Assembly (NCBI RefSeq): GCF_964355755.1
Contig: NC_092673.1
Coordinates: forward strand, 16,526,948 to 16,590,947
Direction of reading: 5' to 3'
DNA from: Antedon mediterranea
Lineage: Eukaryota; Animalia; Echinodermata
Length of the DNA: 64,000 nt
Of this stretch, positions 27,913 to 40,530 are shown in pieces. The first letter of the stretch is position 1. Every line of letters begins with the position of its first letter. A program made the translations under genes and the position numbers. Under the pieces are notes generated by a model that was not told where the DNA came from, did no database searches, and saw only the letters and a program-made list of their open reading frames with translations.

Positions 27913-29172
27913 GCACTCAAATACACTCAAATATTCTTTATTCATCCTCTATCATGAAAATATACAACAACAATATATGAGAACATAAAAAAGATGAAAA
28001 GGAAACACATAAAAACTCAAAAGAGCTTGATTAGTTGTGTCCCCCTATGTCCCTAACTAGCCTAAAAAACTAAAACATAAATAATAAAAAAGCTAAATCC
28101 TGCAACAAGTATAATTTTTAAAATTATTTGTAAAATGATAATAAATGTTCTTTAAACAATGATTTAAATATATATATTGATTTGGTACTTTGTAGTTCGT
28201 AATTCAAGTCATTCCACAATTTGGGTCCCACACATGACACAGTAAAACTAGTAGAAGTACGATTACGTTTTCTGAGTCTCATTTTGTCTTTAGATCTTGT
28301 ATTATAATTATGGTAAGAACCATTTTAATAAAGAGCGATGAAAAACGCACGTCCTGATTAGTAGTAACATTATACATGAAAAGCCCAATTTGGTACTTAT
28401 TGATATCCGCAATTTTAAGAAGTTTAAATTTATAGAAACATTCAGTCATTGAATCATTAAACTTTGACCATGTTATAGCTCGTAATGCCCTTTTCTGGAG
28501 TTTAAATAACTCATCTAAATAACTTGGAAATGTGCTACACCATATTATGTTGCAATAATTTAATACTGGTTCAATGAGTGATTTGTATATTGTCCAGAGA
28601 GAATAGGTTGGTAAAAAATGTCTTACTTTATATAGTATGCCTACATATCGAGATATTTTCCTAGCTGTAACATTGATGTGGTTCTTATATGTGAGAAATT
28701 CATCAATATGTACTCCAAGGAATTTAGTCGATTTAACTCTATCTATTCTTTTATTGTTGACATAAATATTTACATTCTCTAAATTACTTGGATTTCGCTG
28801 ATTGCGGAAAATTATGTAATTAGTTTTTTTAACGTTGATTGATAGTTTATTGCACATGAACCAATCCGAAACATTTTTTAGTTCACCATTAACTAGTTCT
28901 ATGAGCGTATCCAAGTTTTCGTGAGATGCAGATATGTTTGTGTCGTCAGCAAATAAAACAAAAGATAACGAGTTTGAGCAATTAAATACATCGTTAATGT
29001 ACAAAATAAAAAGTAGAGGCCCCAGAATTGAACCCTGTGGTACTCCGCAATTTATATCCATCAAACACGAACTTGTGTTATCAATAGACGTAAATTGTTT
29101 CCTTCCACTAATATAGTTTCTAAACCATTTAAGGGCCGTGCCTCTTATGCCATAGTGTTCCAATTTTTTAAT
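27913..29172 (-). mobile_element. 5'-truncated non-LTR retrotransposon (CR1/L2-like RT) inserted in the Gypsy integrase tail
   Basis: KLEHYGIRG, GVPQGSILGPLLF, FADDT, FLGVHID motifs; TTTGAGTG repeat tail; Gypsy sequence SKVLSDV resumes as NYEILV...YHINSLRLY at ~27912. Confidence 0.85.
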
Positions 29173-29938
29173 AACATCACTTAAAACTTTAGAGATAGGA
29201 TAGGGACCTTGCCATTTAGATTTAACTTTCGATGTGTCATCTGGGAGGAGAATTAATACTTTCTGTCCAACCTTAAATTTTCGAGGCAATGTTTTCTTAT
29301 TATAATAATGTTTCTGTTTCACTTGGGCTTGTTTAAGGTTGGTTCTAGCAATGTCATTTTTCTTGGGAAAGGTTTAAGTGGTAGGGCATCAGTGATTGGG
29401 AACGTTTTAACGTTAAGGGCAGCAGCTAAATTAATAGCCTCTTGTCTTTCTTGGTCACGGGCTTGTTTTCTGGTAATAGCTAATATAGAAGGGGCCATGT
29501 GACGTCGTTTGGGTTACCGGTCATAACTTTGTTGCCAAGTAATAAGTCTTTAGGGGTGTCATTACACACGGCTGCCTTTAATTTTCCTTTATAAGCCTTA
29601 CAATCAATATGTACGTGTACAACTGGGAGGGTTATGCATTGACCAGTAAAGCCTTGTACGGTAACAGTTTCACTGGTATAATCCTTGTGTTTAACAAAAG
29701 TACTTTTTACAATGCTTTGGGAGCACCCAGTGTCTCTACGTATTTCGGCCTGTCTGTTGTTAATTGTACCAGACAGTAACCATGGGTTTGTCCCACAATT
29801 GTGTTCAATATACAGGCCTAGTAATTGATCTTTTGCAGGGTTGTTGTTAAGGGGGCATTGTCAATGAAATGTGGCCTGGTTTATTACATTTGTAGCACAT
29901 AATGTTTTGTGTAGTGTAGTGGTGATTGGTGTAGGTAC

Positions 29939-32900
29939 TGTTTCGATATTCAAACTGATAAAAACTCGTGAACTCAGATTGACTTGAATAGTGGATTTAT
30001 TGTGTCCCAACTGATTATCTCAAGTAGGTTGTTCGAACCTATCAATAAAAATACAATACTATACGTAAATCCTAGAACGTTTAACTCAGTAACAAATGTA
30101 TAATCTAAGCTATTTATAATTAAAATTAAAGTTCAGCTCATGATCAAAGTGTATACGCAAACTTACACTTTTCGACATCCAAAACTCAACTCAAATTACT
30201 CAACAGCTTGAACATTGAAATGTTAAATATCACCTAAAAAAAACACAAGAACGTTTATACATGTTAAATCATTCCGTAAAATTGTAAGCTCAAAACTAAT
30301 AAAAGTAGATCAAATCAAAGTAATAAAATCTCTCCTTATCTTTCTACACTCAAAAACTTCTAACCACAAAATACCATTAATCAGGGATCAACATTCACGA
30401 GCCGAACCCCAACCTCAGCACAATAGAAACTCAAAATGATATCAATCCGCGTTATGTACTTGTACAGAACATTACTAACATTTTACTCTTACATTAATAC
30501 ACGGATAGAATATAGTTCCAATAATATAATGTTCTTAAACATCTACAACTAACATGCATTACTAATACATATGCCGTATCATTCAATCCACAACTTAGTT
30601 CAACCATAAGCTATAATGTTGATTAAGTAATTAAACATACAGTCAACTCTCTTTCAAACTTTAAGTTCACTAACTATCTATACTGTTACCGTATTTATAG
30701 ACTATGATTTCGGCATTTAAATCGTTCTAATATAACTAATACTTTTATAATCACGTTTAATACAATAAAATAGATTAACTCACCGATCGTTTCTTAAAAT
30801 ACTCTTAAACAACGGCGTTAATTTACTCAATTATTTCTCTTAATGTTTTCACGTTTTCTCAGAAAAGTATGCAGTCTTCTCACGTGTATTACTGTAAAAC
30901 CACAACTTTGTAGAGGGCGTTAATTCCTTTCTCTAACGAAACACTCCCCCCACCTTAATACAATTACTAAAATTACATATGTTTATTTTTTGTTTGTTTG
31001 TTTGTTTGTTTTAACTCTCTTCAACAGGTAGTAATAATACCAATCTCTGAATTGCTCTTCTCAATCTTGTTATAGCTCCAGTATTTGTTGTCGATCGTAC
31101 AATCACGTTGCGCACTCTATCATCATTGCTAACAATTGCTTCTTCAACTACTCCTGTCTTCCATTTACCTCGCTTAATTCCTTCTTCTTGTATTAATACT
31201 ACGTCGCCAACTTTCAAGTTCCTACATTCCGTTCTCCATTTCTTTTTCACAATCAATGACGTAAAATAACATTTGGTCCATTTCTGCCAGAACTCCTCTA
31301 TCAGACACTGCATGTATCTCATCCTTCTCGCATGACCTCCCCTGTCATTCCATGGTCCCATAGGTGCCGCTTTATCAGATCTACCCAGCAACAAGTCGTT
31401 CGGACAAAGATACGTGCCATCTTCCGGACTAGTAGGATGTTGACCTATCGGTCTACTATTTAGCAGATCCGATATTTCAAATAACACGGTCTGTAGCTCC
31501 TCAAATGACAACACTTGTTCACCTACTGTATGAAATAGTGCTTTCTTTATGCCTTTAATTAAAGACTCAGTAACCCCATTTTGCCAAGGAGCATCCGGCG
31601 TACTATATGTCCACTTAACATTATACTCCAGCGACGATTTCTTGAGTGTCTCATGCATCGCTGCCAACTGTGACCCACAGTCCGTAAATACCTCTGCTGG
31701 ATATCCTCTTATCGCAGAAAACCTCCTAAATACTTTCTGCACTGCACCCTCACTGTAGTCAACCGCCAAATCGAGATGCACAGCTCTAGTCACTAGACAG
31801 TTTAGTATCACTCCATACGCCTTGCCGTGAGTCCTCTTCTGGACTTCACCTCTTACTCTGAATGGGCCGAACAGATCACACCCTACATAAGTCCACGGGG
31901 GTGACGGTTTTAGTCTTTGGATAGGTAGTGATCCCATAATTTGTTCCTGCACTTTCCCTTCAAGGCGTCTGCAACCCATACACTTGTTTCTTACTGATGA
32001 TACTATGCGCCTTAATCGGATTATCCAATATTTTGCTCTAACCTTTGCCATAGTAGCGCTCACTCCACTGTGAGATAATTTATGTACCTTCTCGGTATAC
32101 AACTTAGAAAACGTATGATCTGTTGGAAGTAGAGGTACTAGTTTGTTATTGTAACTGAAATGAACATGGTTCTTGATTCTCTCTCCCACTACCACAATTC
32201 CATCTTCGTCTATCATCGGTCCTAAGCTACCATATTTGTTCGTAAATGCTACTGGCGTTTTAATCTTTAAGTCTCTTATCGGGCGTTGTACAGTCTTGAT
32301 CCAATACCGTTCGGCTTCATATATGTCGTTCTCGTTCAGATCTATTCCAGCGGACTTAAAGCTTTTTTGCTTTGCTATGCGCTTAACCATGGCGGTTGTT
32401 TTTAACAATTTGTCGAAGCTTCCAAATCTTTTAATGTTAATAGGGCTTTCTATCACTTCCTCTACGTCTGCCACCATGATCACTCCAACTCTTTCTGGTA
32501 TGTCCGAAACGCTACAACTCTGAGAGATTGGCCATTGCTCTAAAGGATTTCTCATGAATTCTGGCCCCTGGAACCACTGTTTATTCTCTTCTAAACATTT
32601 GCTCGTAATACTCCTAGAAATAATATCTGCAATGTTATCTTTGCCGGCAACCCAGAACCAGTCTGTAGAGTCACTAAACTGCTGAATTTCTCCTATCCTG
32701 GTCGCAGCAAATGTTTTAAAACCATAGCTCTCTTTCTGTATCATGGATCGGACAATTTCGCTGTCTACTAGGTATAAAACCCTCACAAACGGGATTCTGC
32801 TCTCTTCTCTGATTGTTTTTGCTAGTCGCACACTCATTACTGCCGCGCTCAACTCCAACCTGACTATACTTGTTATTCTCACGGGGGCAACTCTACTTTT

Positions 32901-35900
32901 AGCAGCCATCAAGCGAGATTCGAATACCCCAAGATTCGTCTCATATCTGATGTAGGCAACTGTCCCCATAGCTTCTTTTGAGGCATCTGAGAACATTATC
33001 AACGTAGGGTTTTCGCTTTGTTTGCTTGGTTTTACACTTCGAGGTATTGACACCTTTTCGCAATTTTTAACATCCTTTAGAAAGCTGCGCCATTCGTCTA
33101 AGTCTCCCGGCTCAATTTCTTGATCCCAATCCACCTTCTTTCCCCACAAATTTCTCAGTAGTATCTTTGCTCTTACGGTCACCGGAGATAGTAACCCCAA
33201 TGGATCATATATGGAATTGGCTGCACCTAAGCATTTTCTCTTAGTCAGGCTTCCTATTTCTTCGCAGTACGTTGGTACTGGTACCTTTAGCTTATCGTCT
33301 CGGGGGTTCCATTCTAACCCTAAAAATTTGGTAGTGTCCATGTTTACACCTGAGATGGTCCATTCTTTTACATTGAAACTTCCTTTGCTCAGTATAGCGT
33401 TGATCTCTTCGGATCTCTCGTAGGCCTTTTCTACGGTCTGTAGATTATCGGCTATGTCGTCCATATACACGTTTTCCTGTAGCGTTTGTGCTGCTTCCGG
33501 AAACAGTTCTGCCGAAAGCTCTGCTGTCCTTTGTAGTGCTCTTATAGCCATAGTAGCAGATGGTCCATCTCCAAAATTCACCGCTGTGACACAATAAGTG
33601 TGAATTGGACGATCTATCTCCATATTCCTCCAAAGAAAGCGATGGGTATGCTGGTCCAACATTGAAATATCAATACTGTGGTACATTTTCTTGATATCTC
33701 CTACTAAAGCAACTTGTTCTCTTCTAAATCGAAATAGAACGGCCAACAAGTTATTGTTAACGTCTGGTCCTTTGGCCCAATATTCGTTCAGCACATGGCC
33801 CTTATAGTTTGCACTACTGTTAAAAACAATTCTTAAAGGTGTACTTTTACTGTCCGGTTTTGCTATTCCGTGATGTGATATGTAGTGAACAGGTCCTTTA
33901 TAGCTCCTCATCTCACTGTCAGATAACTTACGAGCAACTTTCCGCTGTAACATATCATCTATCTGTGAAGCATAGCACTCTGCATATTTCTCATTTTTCT
34001 GCAATCTCTTTTCGGTTGCTCTCAGTTTCGCTTCCGCAACTAATCGGTTGTCCGGTAAATCTTTAGGATCTCTGATCCATGGATATTTGGCTGTCCATTT
34101 ACCATCTGAATAACTCAAACCTTCGTCAATAAGATTCAGTTCTCTTTCTTCCTTTAGGGTAAATCGTTTTGACCCAATGGGACAATTGCCACACTTGCAA
34201 CTTCCGCACTTCGGATTGCAAGCAACTCCCATACTTTCTATATCAAGGAATTGCGAAGAAACCTGTTTTTCTATGTACGTAAGGTTGGTTGCGTTAGACT
34301 CACTCCGACACACAGGATGTTTACCAAAAACCATTACTCCAAACGTCCCTTCACATAGAGCCAATTCCCCTTCAGTCCGCAGAATGTTCGGAAATAGACT
34401 TGCATTGTCTGCTCCTATCAACAATTCTACCGCACCTGTAGGTCTCTCTATCAGATGCTTTTCCACCTTAAAGATGTCAGCTAACTTCTCAGTGTCTTGA
34501 GGGAGTAGTCTGTTTGTAATGCGTGGCATCCCAAATACTTCTATTTTAATATATCCATTATACTTCGTCTTTAGCGGCAATGTATAACTGAATGTCTCGA
34601 TTTGCTCAGTTTCACCGCCAAATTTTGTCACAGAGACTGTCAGCGGCTTTCCTTTCAACTTTAGTTTTTCAGCTACGTCTGCCAATATAACGGATGACGT
34701 ACTTGCCGTATCAAACATCGCGTTGACTTTGGTGCCCCCTTTCGTTATCACGCTCTTGGCCATTAAGATACACGGCGCGTCAGTGCCGGTACTAGTCTGT
34801 TGCGACGTTGCGGTGTTCTGAGTATTTGAAGCTGGCTCTTTTTTCGGTGGAAAATGAATTAACGGGTGATGCTTCCTACTGCATCCATCCTTTCCACAAT
34901 TTCCCAACTTACATGTTTTCACTTGATGCCCATGTTTGAGGCATCTGAAACAAACTCTTTTCTGTTTGATGACCTCTATTCGTTCTTGCATTGACATGGC
35001 CTTAAAACCTTTGCAGTCTTGCGTTTGGTGTTTAGCATTGTCATGTAAGATACAAGCAGCAATATCTGTGGGCTTCTCTGTAAATACCGTGTTGACAATG
35101 CTGCGTTGCTGTTTTGGTCTCTGATTAGTTTCGTGTAAGCTAGTCATCATATATTTCAAACTTTTGGCTTCTTCTTCTAGGTAGTCCAAAAGAATCTTCA
35201 GTTTACCGTCTTTTTCTATTTTATCCTTCGATTGAGGATCATGTATTAGTCTGACCCATCTTCTCTTTTGATCGTCGGGTAATCTACTCTCAATTTCACT
35301 TATTACTCTGGTATTGTTCATCTCGTGCTCTATTGCCATCCGCTTCAGATTTCGATGGCATGCTGAAATTAGATCTATGAACTCAACAAATTGTTTCTCT
35401 TCTCCTTCCTTTAAAGGATTTTGCTTCAGAATGTCCCCTATGAGCGCATTGACCAGCTTGTGTCTATCGCCATATTTCTCGTCTAGTAGGGTCCACATTT
35501 GCTCATAATCGTCTTCAGCTGCTTGTACAACAACTTTATTCACCTCGTTACCTAAACAAGACCGGAGTCTGAAAGGCAACTGCTCTGGATGTGTAGCCTT
35601 TTCCACAAATTTCTTAAAGTCCGTCTTAAACCTCGTGTATGTCTTTATGTCCCCATTGAATTTCGGCAACTCCATTTTCTTTAGCTCAATTTTATGTGTT
35701 TCGGTTTGTCTCATTCCGTCTTTGGAGTCCTTTTGTACCGCCTCTTCTTGATCTTTTCTATGTTTATAAAAGAGTAGTCTGATCGAGCTATGAACGTCTA
35801 TCCGTGGTAGCATCCATGCGTCTTCTTCCGCTTCTTTGTCAGCCTCAGTCAGATCTAGTATCTTCTCGTGCGCAATCTTTAAATTTTGGAATGACTCGTC

Positions 35901-37065
35901 CAACTCTTCATACAAATCTTTTAACAACTCCGGTGGATGATTTGCGTGTACCGATGTTTTCATCTCCTCTGCCTTTGTTTTAAAGCTCCGTTCTCTCCTC
36001 CGTCTGTGCCTTTTTGCATCCTCCATCTCTGTGCGTTGACAATCTTGCCAAGTGTTCGAATGTTTCGATATTCAAACTGATAAAAACTCGTGAACTCAGA
36101 TTGACTTGAATAGTGGATTTATTGTGTCCCAACTGATTATCTCAAGTAGGTTGTTCGAACCTATCAATAAAAATACAATACTATACGTAAATCCTAGAAC
36201 GTTTAACTCAGTAACAAATGTATAATCTAAGCTATTTATAATTAAAATTAAAGTTCAGCTCATGATCAAAGTGTATACGCAAACTTACACTTTTCGACAT
36301 CCAAAACTCAACTCAAATTACTCAACAGCTTGAACATTGAAATGTTAAATATCACCTAAAAAAAACACAAGAACGTTTATACATGTTAAATCATTCCGTA
36401 AAATTGTAAGCTCAAAACTAATAAAAGTAGATCAAATCAAAGTAATAAAATCTCTCCTTATCTTTCTACACTCAAAAACTTCTAACCACAAAATACCATT
36501 AATCAGGGATCAACATTCACGAGCCGAACCCCAACCTCAGCACAATAGAAACTCAAAATGATATCAATCCGCGTTATGTACTTGTACAGAACATTACTAA
36601 CATTTTACTCTTACATTAATACACGGATAGAATATAGTTCCAATAATATAATGTTCTTAAACATCTACAACTAACATGCATTACTAATACATATGCCGTA
36701 TCATTCAATCCACAACTTAGTTCAACCATAAGCTATAATGTTGATTAAGTAATTAAACATACAGTCAACTCTCTTTCAAACTTTAAGTTCACTAACTATC
36801 TATACTGTTACCGTATTTATAGACTATGATTTCGGCATTTAAATCGTTCTAATATAACTAATACTTTTATAATCACGTTTAATACAATAAAATAGATTAA
36901 CTCACCGATCGTTTCTTAAAATACTCTTAAACAACGGCGTTAATTTACTCAATTATTTCTCTTAATGTTTTCACGTTTTCTCAGAAAAGTATGCAGTCTT
37001 CTCACGTGTATTACTGTAAAACCACAACTTTGTAGAGGGCGTTAATTCCTTTCTCTAACGAAACA
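29939..37065 (-). mobile_element. Intact BEL/Pao LTR retrotransposon
   Basis: 1005-bp LTRs 29939-30943 and 36061-37065, TG..CA, no differences seen by eye; 5-bp TSD GGTAC; PPT GGTGGGGGGAG. Confidence 0.97.
31011..36026 (-). CDS. BEL/Pao Gag-Pol polyprotein (Gag zinc knuckles, protease, RT, RNase H, integrase)
   Basis: 1671-aa uninterrupted ORF: CFRCLKHGH..C..C..KHH, FDTAS, GDIKKMY, YMDD, FSDAS, D-D-E integrase (CDLFGP, TDCG, NGVTE). Confidence 0.97.
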   Translation of the reverse strand: MEDAKRHRRRRERSFKTKAEEMKTSVHANHPPELLKDLYEELDESFQNLKIAHEKILDLTEADKEAEEDAWMLPRIDVHSSIRLLFYKHRKDQEEAVQKDSKDGMRQTETHKIELKKMELPKFNGDIKTYTRFKTDFKKFVEKATHPEQLPFRLRSCLGNEVNKVVVQAAEDDYEQMWTLLDEKYGDRHKLVNALIGDILKQNPLKEGEEKQFVEFIDLISACHRNLKRMAIEHEMNNTRVISEIESRLPDDQKRRWVRLIHDPQSKDKIEKDGKLKILLDYLEEEAKSLKYMMTSLHETNQRPKQQRSIVNTVFTEKPTDIAACILHDNAKHQTQDCKGFKAMSMQERIEVIKQKRVCFRCLKHGHQVKTCKLGNCGKDGCSRKHHPLIHFPPKKEPASNTQNTATSQQTSTGTDAPCILMAKSVITKGGTKVNAMFDTASTSSVILADVAEKLKLKGKPLTVSVTKFGGETEQIETFSYTLPLKTKYNGYIKIEVFGMPRITNRLLPQDTEKLADIFKVEKHLIERPTGAVELLIGADNASLFPNILRTEGELALCEGTFGVMVFGKHPVCRSESNATNLTYIEKQVSSQFLDIESMGVACNPKCGSCKCGNCPIGSKRFTLKEERELNLIDEGLSYSDGKWTAKYPWIRDPKDLPDNRLVAEAKLRATEKRLQKNEKYAECYASQIDDMLQRKVARKLSDSEMRSYKGPVHYISHHGIAKPDSKSTPLRIVFNSSANYKGHVLNEYWAKGPDVNNNLLAVLFRFRREQVALVGDIKKMYHSIDISMLDQHTHRFLWRNMEIDRPIHTYCVTAVNFGDGPSATMAIRALQRTAELSAELFPEAAQTLQENVYMDDIADNLQTVEKAYERSEEINAILSKGSFNVKEWTISGVNMDTTKFLGLEWNPRDDKLKVPVPTYCEEIGSLTKRKCLGAANSIYDPLGLLSPVTVRAKILLRNLWGKKVDWDQEIEPGDLDEWRSFLKDVKNCEKVSIPRSVKPSKQSENPTLIMFSDASKEAMGTVAYIRYETNLGVFESRLMAAKSRVAPVRITSIVRLELSAAVMSVRLAKTIREESRIPFVRVLYLVDSEIVRSMIQKESYGFKTFAATRIGEIQQFSDSTDWFWVAGKDNIADIISRSITSKCLEENKQWFQGPEFMRNPLEQWPISQSCSVSDIPERVGVIMVADVEEVIESPINIKRFGSFDKLLKTTAMVKRIAKQKSFKSAGIDLNENDIYEAERYWIKTVQRPIRDLKIKTPVAFTNKYGSLGPMIDEDGIVVVGERIKNHVHFSYNNKLVPLLPTDHTFSKLYTEKVHKLSHSGVSATMAKVRAKYWIIRLRRIVSSVRNKCMGCRRLEGKVQEQIMGSLPIQRLKPSPPWTYVGCDLFGPFRVRGEVQKRTHGKAYGVILNCLVTRAVHLDLAVDYSEGAVQKVFRRFSAIRGYPAEVFTDCGSQLAAMHETLKKSSLEYNVKWTYSTPDAPWQNGVTESLIKGIKKALFHTVGEQVLSFEELQTVLFEISDLLNSRPIGQHPTSPEDGTYLCPNDLLLGRSDKAAPMGPWNDRGGHARRMRYMQCLIEEFWQKWTKCYFTSLIVKKKWRTECRNLKVGDVVLIQEEGIKRGKWKTGVVEEAIVSNDDRVRNVIVRSTTNTGAITRLRRAIQRLVLLLPVEES

Positions 37066-37570
37066 GGTACCGCTAGGGGCTGAATAATTATCAAAAGGGA
37101 TCGAGAGCAAGGGTTCTGGGGAATAACTCGATGTAGGTTGGGGAGGGCCTTGGGATGCGGGACTGTAACTAGGAAACGGCGGAGCTATTGATTGAATGGT
37201 GGATATTCTCGGGGAAGGTCTGGTGTTGGGTTTAGAGATAGATTCCATCCAGGGTTTACCTTTAATTTCAATCAGGGTATCGGCAATTCGGGAAAATTCA
37301 TGGGACGTTTTAGGCTCTCTTTCTTTGATTAGGGAAGCAAGTGGGAAGGGGAGTTTTTGGATCGCCTGATCTAAAAGAAAAAAGTCAAGAATTTCCTTGG
37401 GGTCTTGTAGGTTAACTTTTGCACTTCGGAGCCACCTCGTCATGTCTCGATCAAGTTTTCCAACCCACACTCTAGTGGACACTGAAAGGGGTTTTGGGGT
37501 TTGTCTAAATTGTTTCCGATATGTTTCAGCTGTGAGGTGGTACTTCAGGATAGCATCTTTAAGGTCGTTG

Positions 37571-38758
37571 CAGACCTTAATTTATAAATATAAGAGGAGA
37601 GCTCCTAATGGCCTTGTTGAGGCCATTAGGAGAGCCATTATTTATCCGAGGCACAGGCCCACCATGGTTGGGCCTGTGGCGAGCCGAATTTTGATAAATG
37701 ACACCTCTAGATGGCCGGAAATGGTACTCTCGCACGTAAAATTCATCGTAGGTCATTGTTCTCTGAACGTAGTCTACGATGTATTGTTATGATAATTATC
37801 TACGCGTCGATCGTAGGGTGGTTCGTAGGGTTAGTAAACACCATTGTCATCGCCTTTAGAAGCATGGACAATGCAAACAAACAATGTATTGTTTGCTAAT
37901 TAAAATCATATCTAAAGATAGTAGACGTCAATTTTTGTAGCCACCCTAGCTAGGCCTACGCATCGGTTATCCTAATTTGGACGGAAATCCGCCGACGAGA
38001 CGACATCGGGTCCCGTGGACCTCAGCTCACGCAGAGAGAGTCGAGGCTATCTAGTCTAGTTTCGGCGGCCTACACTATAAATTATTTAATCCTACCTTGG
38101 GTTAGCGAATTATAAAAAGAACGACACCTAGCCTAGGCTAGGACACCAACAAAATATATGCAAAATAAATATATATTCCATATTATTATTAATTACTATA
38201 AGATTTAACATAAAGGCTTAAGCCTTTTAAAATGATTACGACCAGAATTTGGAGGGGAAAACATGTGAGCAGTTAAGATCAGAGAGTATTATGTTTCATG
38301 TCATGTGACACAAAATCCAGGTACACGATCTTAATTACTGTTTATCGTCGGCAGCCACCCTCCAAAAAAACATGTGAGATGTTGCGGTAAAGCAGAGAGT
38401 ATCGCGTTTCATGCCATGTGACCAAAAAAACTAGGTCTGTATAATTACGGTCTTCTGTCGGCAGTCTTTTTGAGCGACCGATTGAACGTTCTGATACTAT
38501 ATTTAGAATGAATTGTTTACGATATTTTTCTCGCAACATCAAAGATCGTAGGCGCGCCTAGCCTATCGGGGGTAGCCATAACAAAGATCGTTTGCGCGAC
38601 TATATATAGACTGTGTGTTGTATTCGGGGTTAATATTCTTATTATTTTTATGACGCACTGTAACAGGTTGGGGAGCGCTATTTTAGGCGCTCCTTTGATC
38701 GTTTTCAGGAGCGCCAAGGAGCGTCAGCGCCATGGCGCTCCTTTTAAATCAAGGTCTG
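37571..38758. mobile_element. Non-autonomous DNA transposon inserted in Gypsy gag
   Basis: TIR CAGACCTTAATTTA / TAAATCAAGGTCTG; 6-bp duplication tcgttg; removing it rejoins gag ...NFTYNDLKDAILKY. Confidence 0.75.
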
Positions 38759-39594
38759 TCGTTGTATGTGAAGTTCTGTAAGGGCATATCGTTGTAGGCC
38801 TCTCTGGCTTTACCAGTTAATTTTGGGAGAAGAAGGTGTAGAGTCCAATTTTCAGGGGGAATTTGGCACTGTCTTGCAATACGCTCAAAGCATGACAAGT
38901 AAATATCAATTTCATCCTTATCTGTGATTTTAGGGATCTTATTAATGAAGCAATCTCCTTCAGTGCGATCCAGTCAAGGAAGCCCTTCAACAGTCGGACC
39001 CAGCATATATTTGGATGCTACTGATGTTATAGTCTCAAGAATCAATACCCAAACTAACTAACTTAACTACAAAACAGTATTTATATTAAGGGGACAAAAG
39101 TATGACTAATTAAATGGTACCACATCCTGATTGACTTTCCTTGGAAGACCCTCCTCAGGAATGTAGTGTTCCAAGTTAAGTAGGCATCGGGGAGAGTAAG
39201 GGGTGAATAGCCTGTGTGACTAATAGGGTTTGGTCCCACCATGTTACACTAATACTGAAATTTATTACAAAAATTTGAGAACTAATAAAGAAATTGGTAC
39301 ACTATTTAAAAAGTGTAATAAGGGATCATCTCACAGTGTGTTGATTGACTTGGTACTTTGGAGGGAACATAAAGTTGTGAACAACCTAAATACACATTTT
39401 ATATGTCAAGGAGAATAATAATAATAATGCTGTATTATGGCTACTGTAAATCTGATTCAAGCTTCGCCGTCAAAAATACTTATTCTTTTTTGTTTTTATT
39501 GACATTAATTTATTGTGACTTAAAAGTTTAATTTGTTTAAAAGAATATTAGTATTTCTAATCTAGAGTATACTACAAAGGATTGTGTTGTTTTG

Positions 39595-40428
39595 TGTGTT
39601 AGATTGTGTACATAAGGCATGTGCATTGTTAGATTGTACACATAAGGCATGTGCAGTGTTAGATTGTACACATAAGGCATGTGCATTGTTAGATTGTACA
39701 CATAAGGCATGTGTATTGTTAGATTGTACACATAAGGCATGTGCATTGTTAGATTGTACACATAAGGCAGTGTATTGTTAGATTGTGCACATAAGGCATG
39801 TGTATTGTTAGATTGTACACATAAGGCATGTGTATTGTTAGATTGTGCACATAAGGCATGTGCATTGTTAGATTGTACACATAAGGCAGTGTATTGTTAG
39901 ATTGTACACATAAGGCATGTGTATTGTTAGATTGTACACATAAGGCATGTGCATTGTTAGATTGTACACATAAGGCATGTGTATTGTTAGATTGTACACA
40001 TAAGGCATGTGCATTGTTAGATTGTACACATAAGGCATGTGCATTGTTAGATTGTACACATAAGGCATGTGTATTGTTAGATTGTGCACATAAGGCATGT
40101 GCATTGTTAGATTGTACACATAAGGCATGTGCATTGTTAGATTGTACACATAAGGCATGTGTATTGTTAGATTGTACACATAAGGCATGTGCATTGTTAG
40201 ATTGTACACATAAGGCAGTGTATTGTTAGATTGTGCACATAAGGCATGTGTATTGTTAGATTGTACACATAAGGCATGTGCATTGTTAGATTGTACACAT
40301 AAGGCATGTGTATTGTTAGATTGTACACATAAGGCATGTGTATTGTTAGATTGTACACATAAGGCATGTGTATTGTTAGATTGTGTACATAAGGCATGTG
40401 TATTGTTAGATTGTACACATAAGGCATG
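39595..40428. repeat. 30-bp satellite, about 28 copies, abutting the virus-like island
   Basis: Unit tgttagattgtacacataaggcatgtg(c/t)at. Confidence 0.95.
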
Positions 40429-40530
40429 TACCCCACCTCCACCACCACCACCACCACCATCACAGACAGTGGATGCATCGTTTGCGTTCAAAGACGACGG
40501 ATTCAATTATTGGCAAGCTACTCATCAGAA

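Larger units (their letters stand above)
26416..39248 (-). mobile_element. Decayed, internally deleted Gypsy (Gmr1-like) LTR retrotransposon with three nested insertions
   Basis: ~225-bp LTRs 26416-26640 and 39025-39248 (TG..CA); PPT GAGCGGGGGAA; gag DIYLSCFERIA...LTAETYRKQFR; zinc knuckle CYKCNKPGH (~29870-29900); protease RDTGCS (~29720-29740); integrase GPY/F tail; no RT core. TSD imperfect (ctga/ctaa). Confidence 0.85.

Noticed and set aside
28279-29322. 347-aa ORF as a genuine novel integrase-RT gene
   Set aside because: Explained by a truncated LINE inserted into the Gypsy integrase tail; RT N-terminal motifs are missing
31549-35508. Many plus-strand ORFs inside the BEL element, and similar antisense ORFs within the island genes
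   Set aside because: Antisense shadows of long real ORFs
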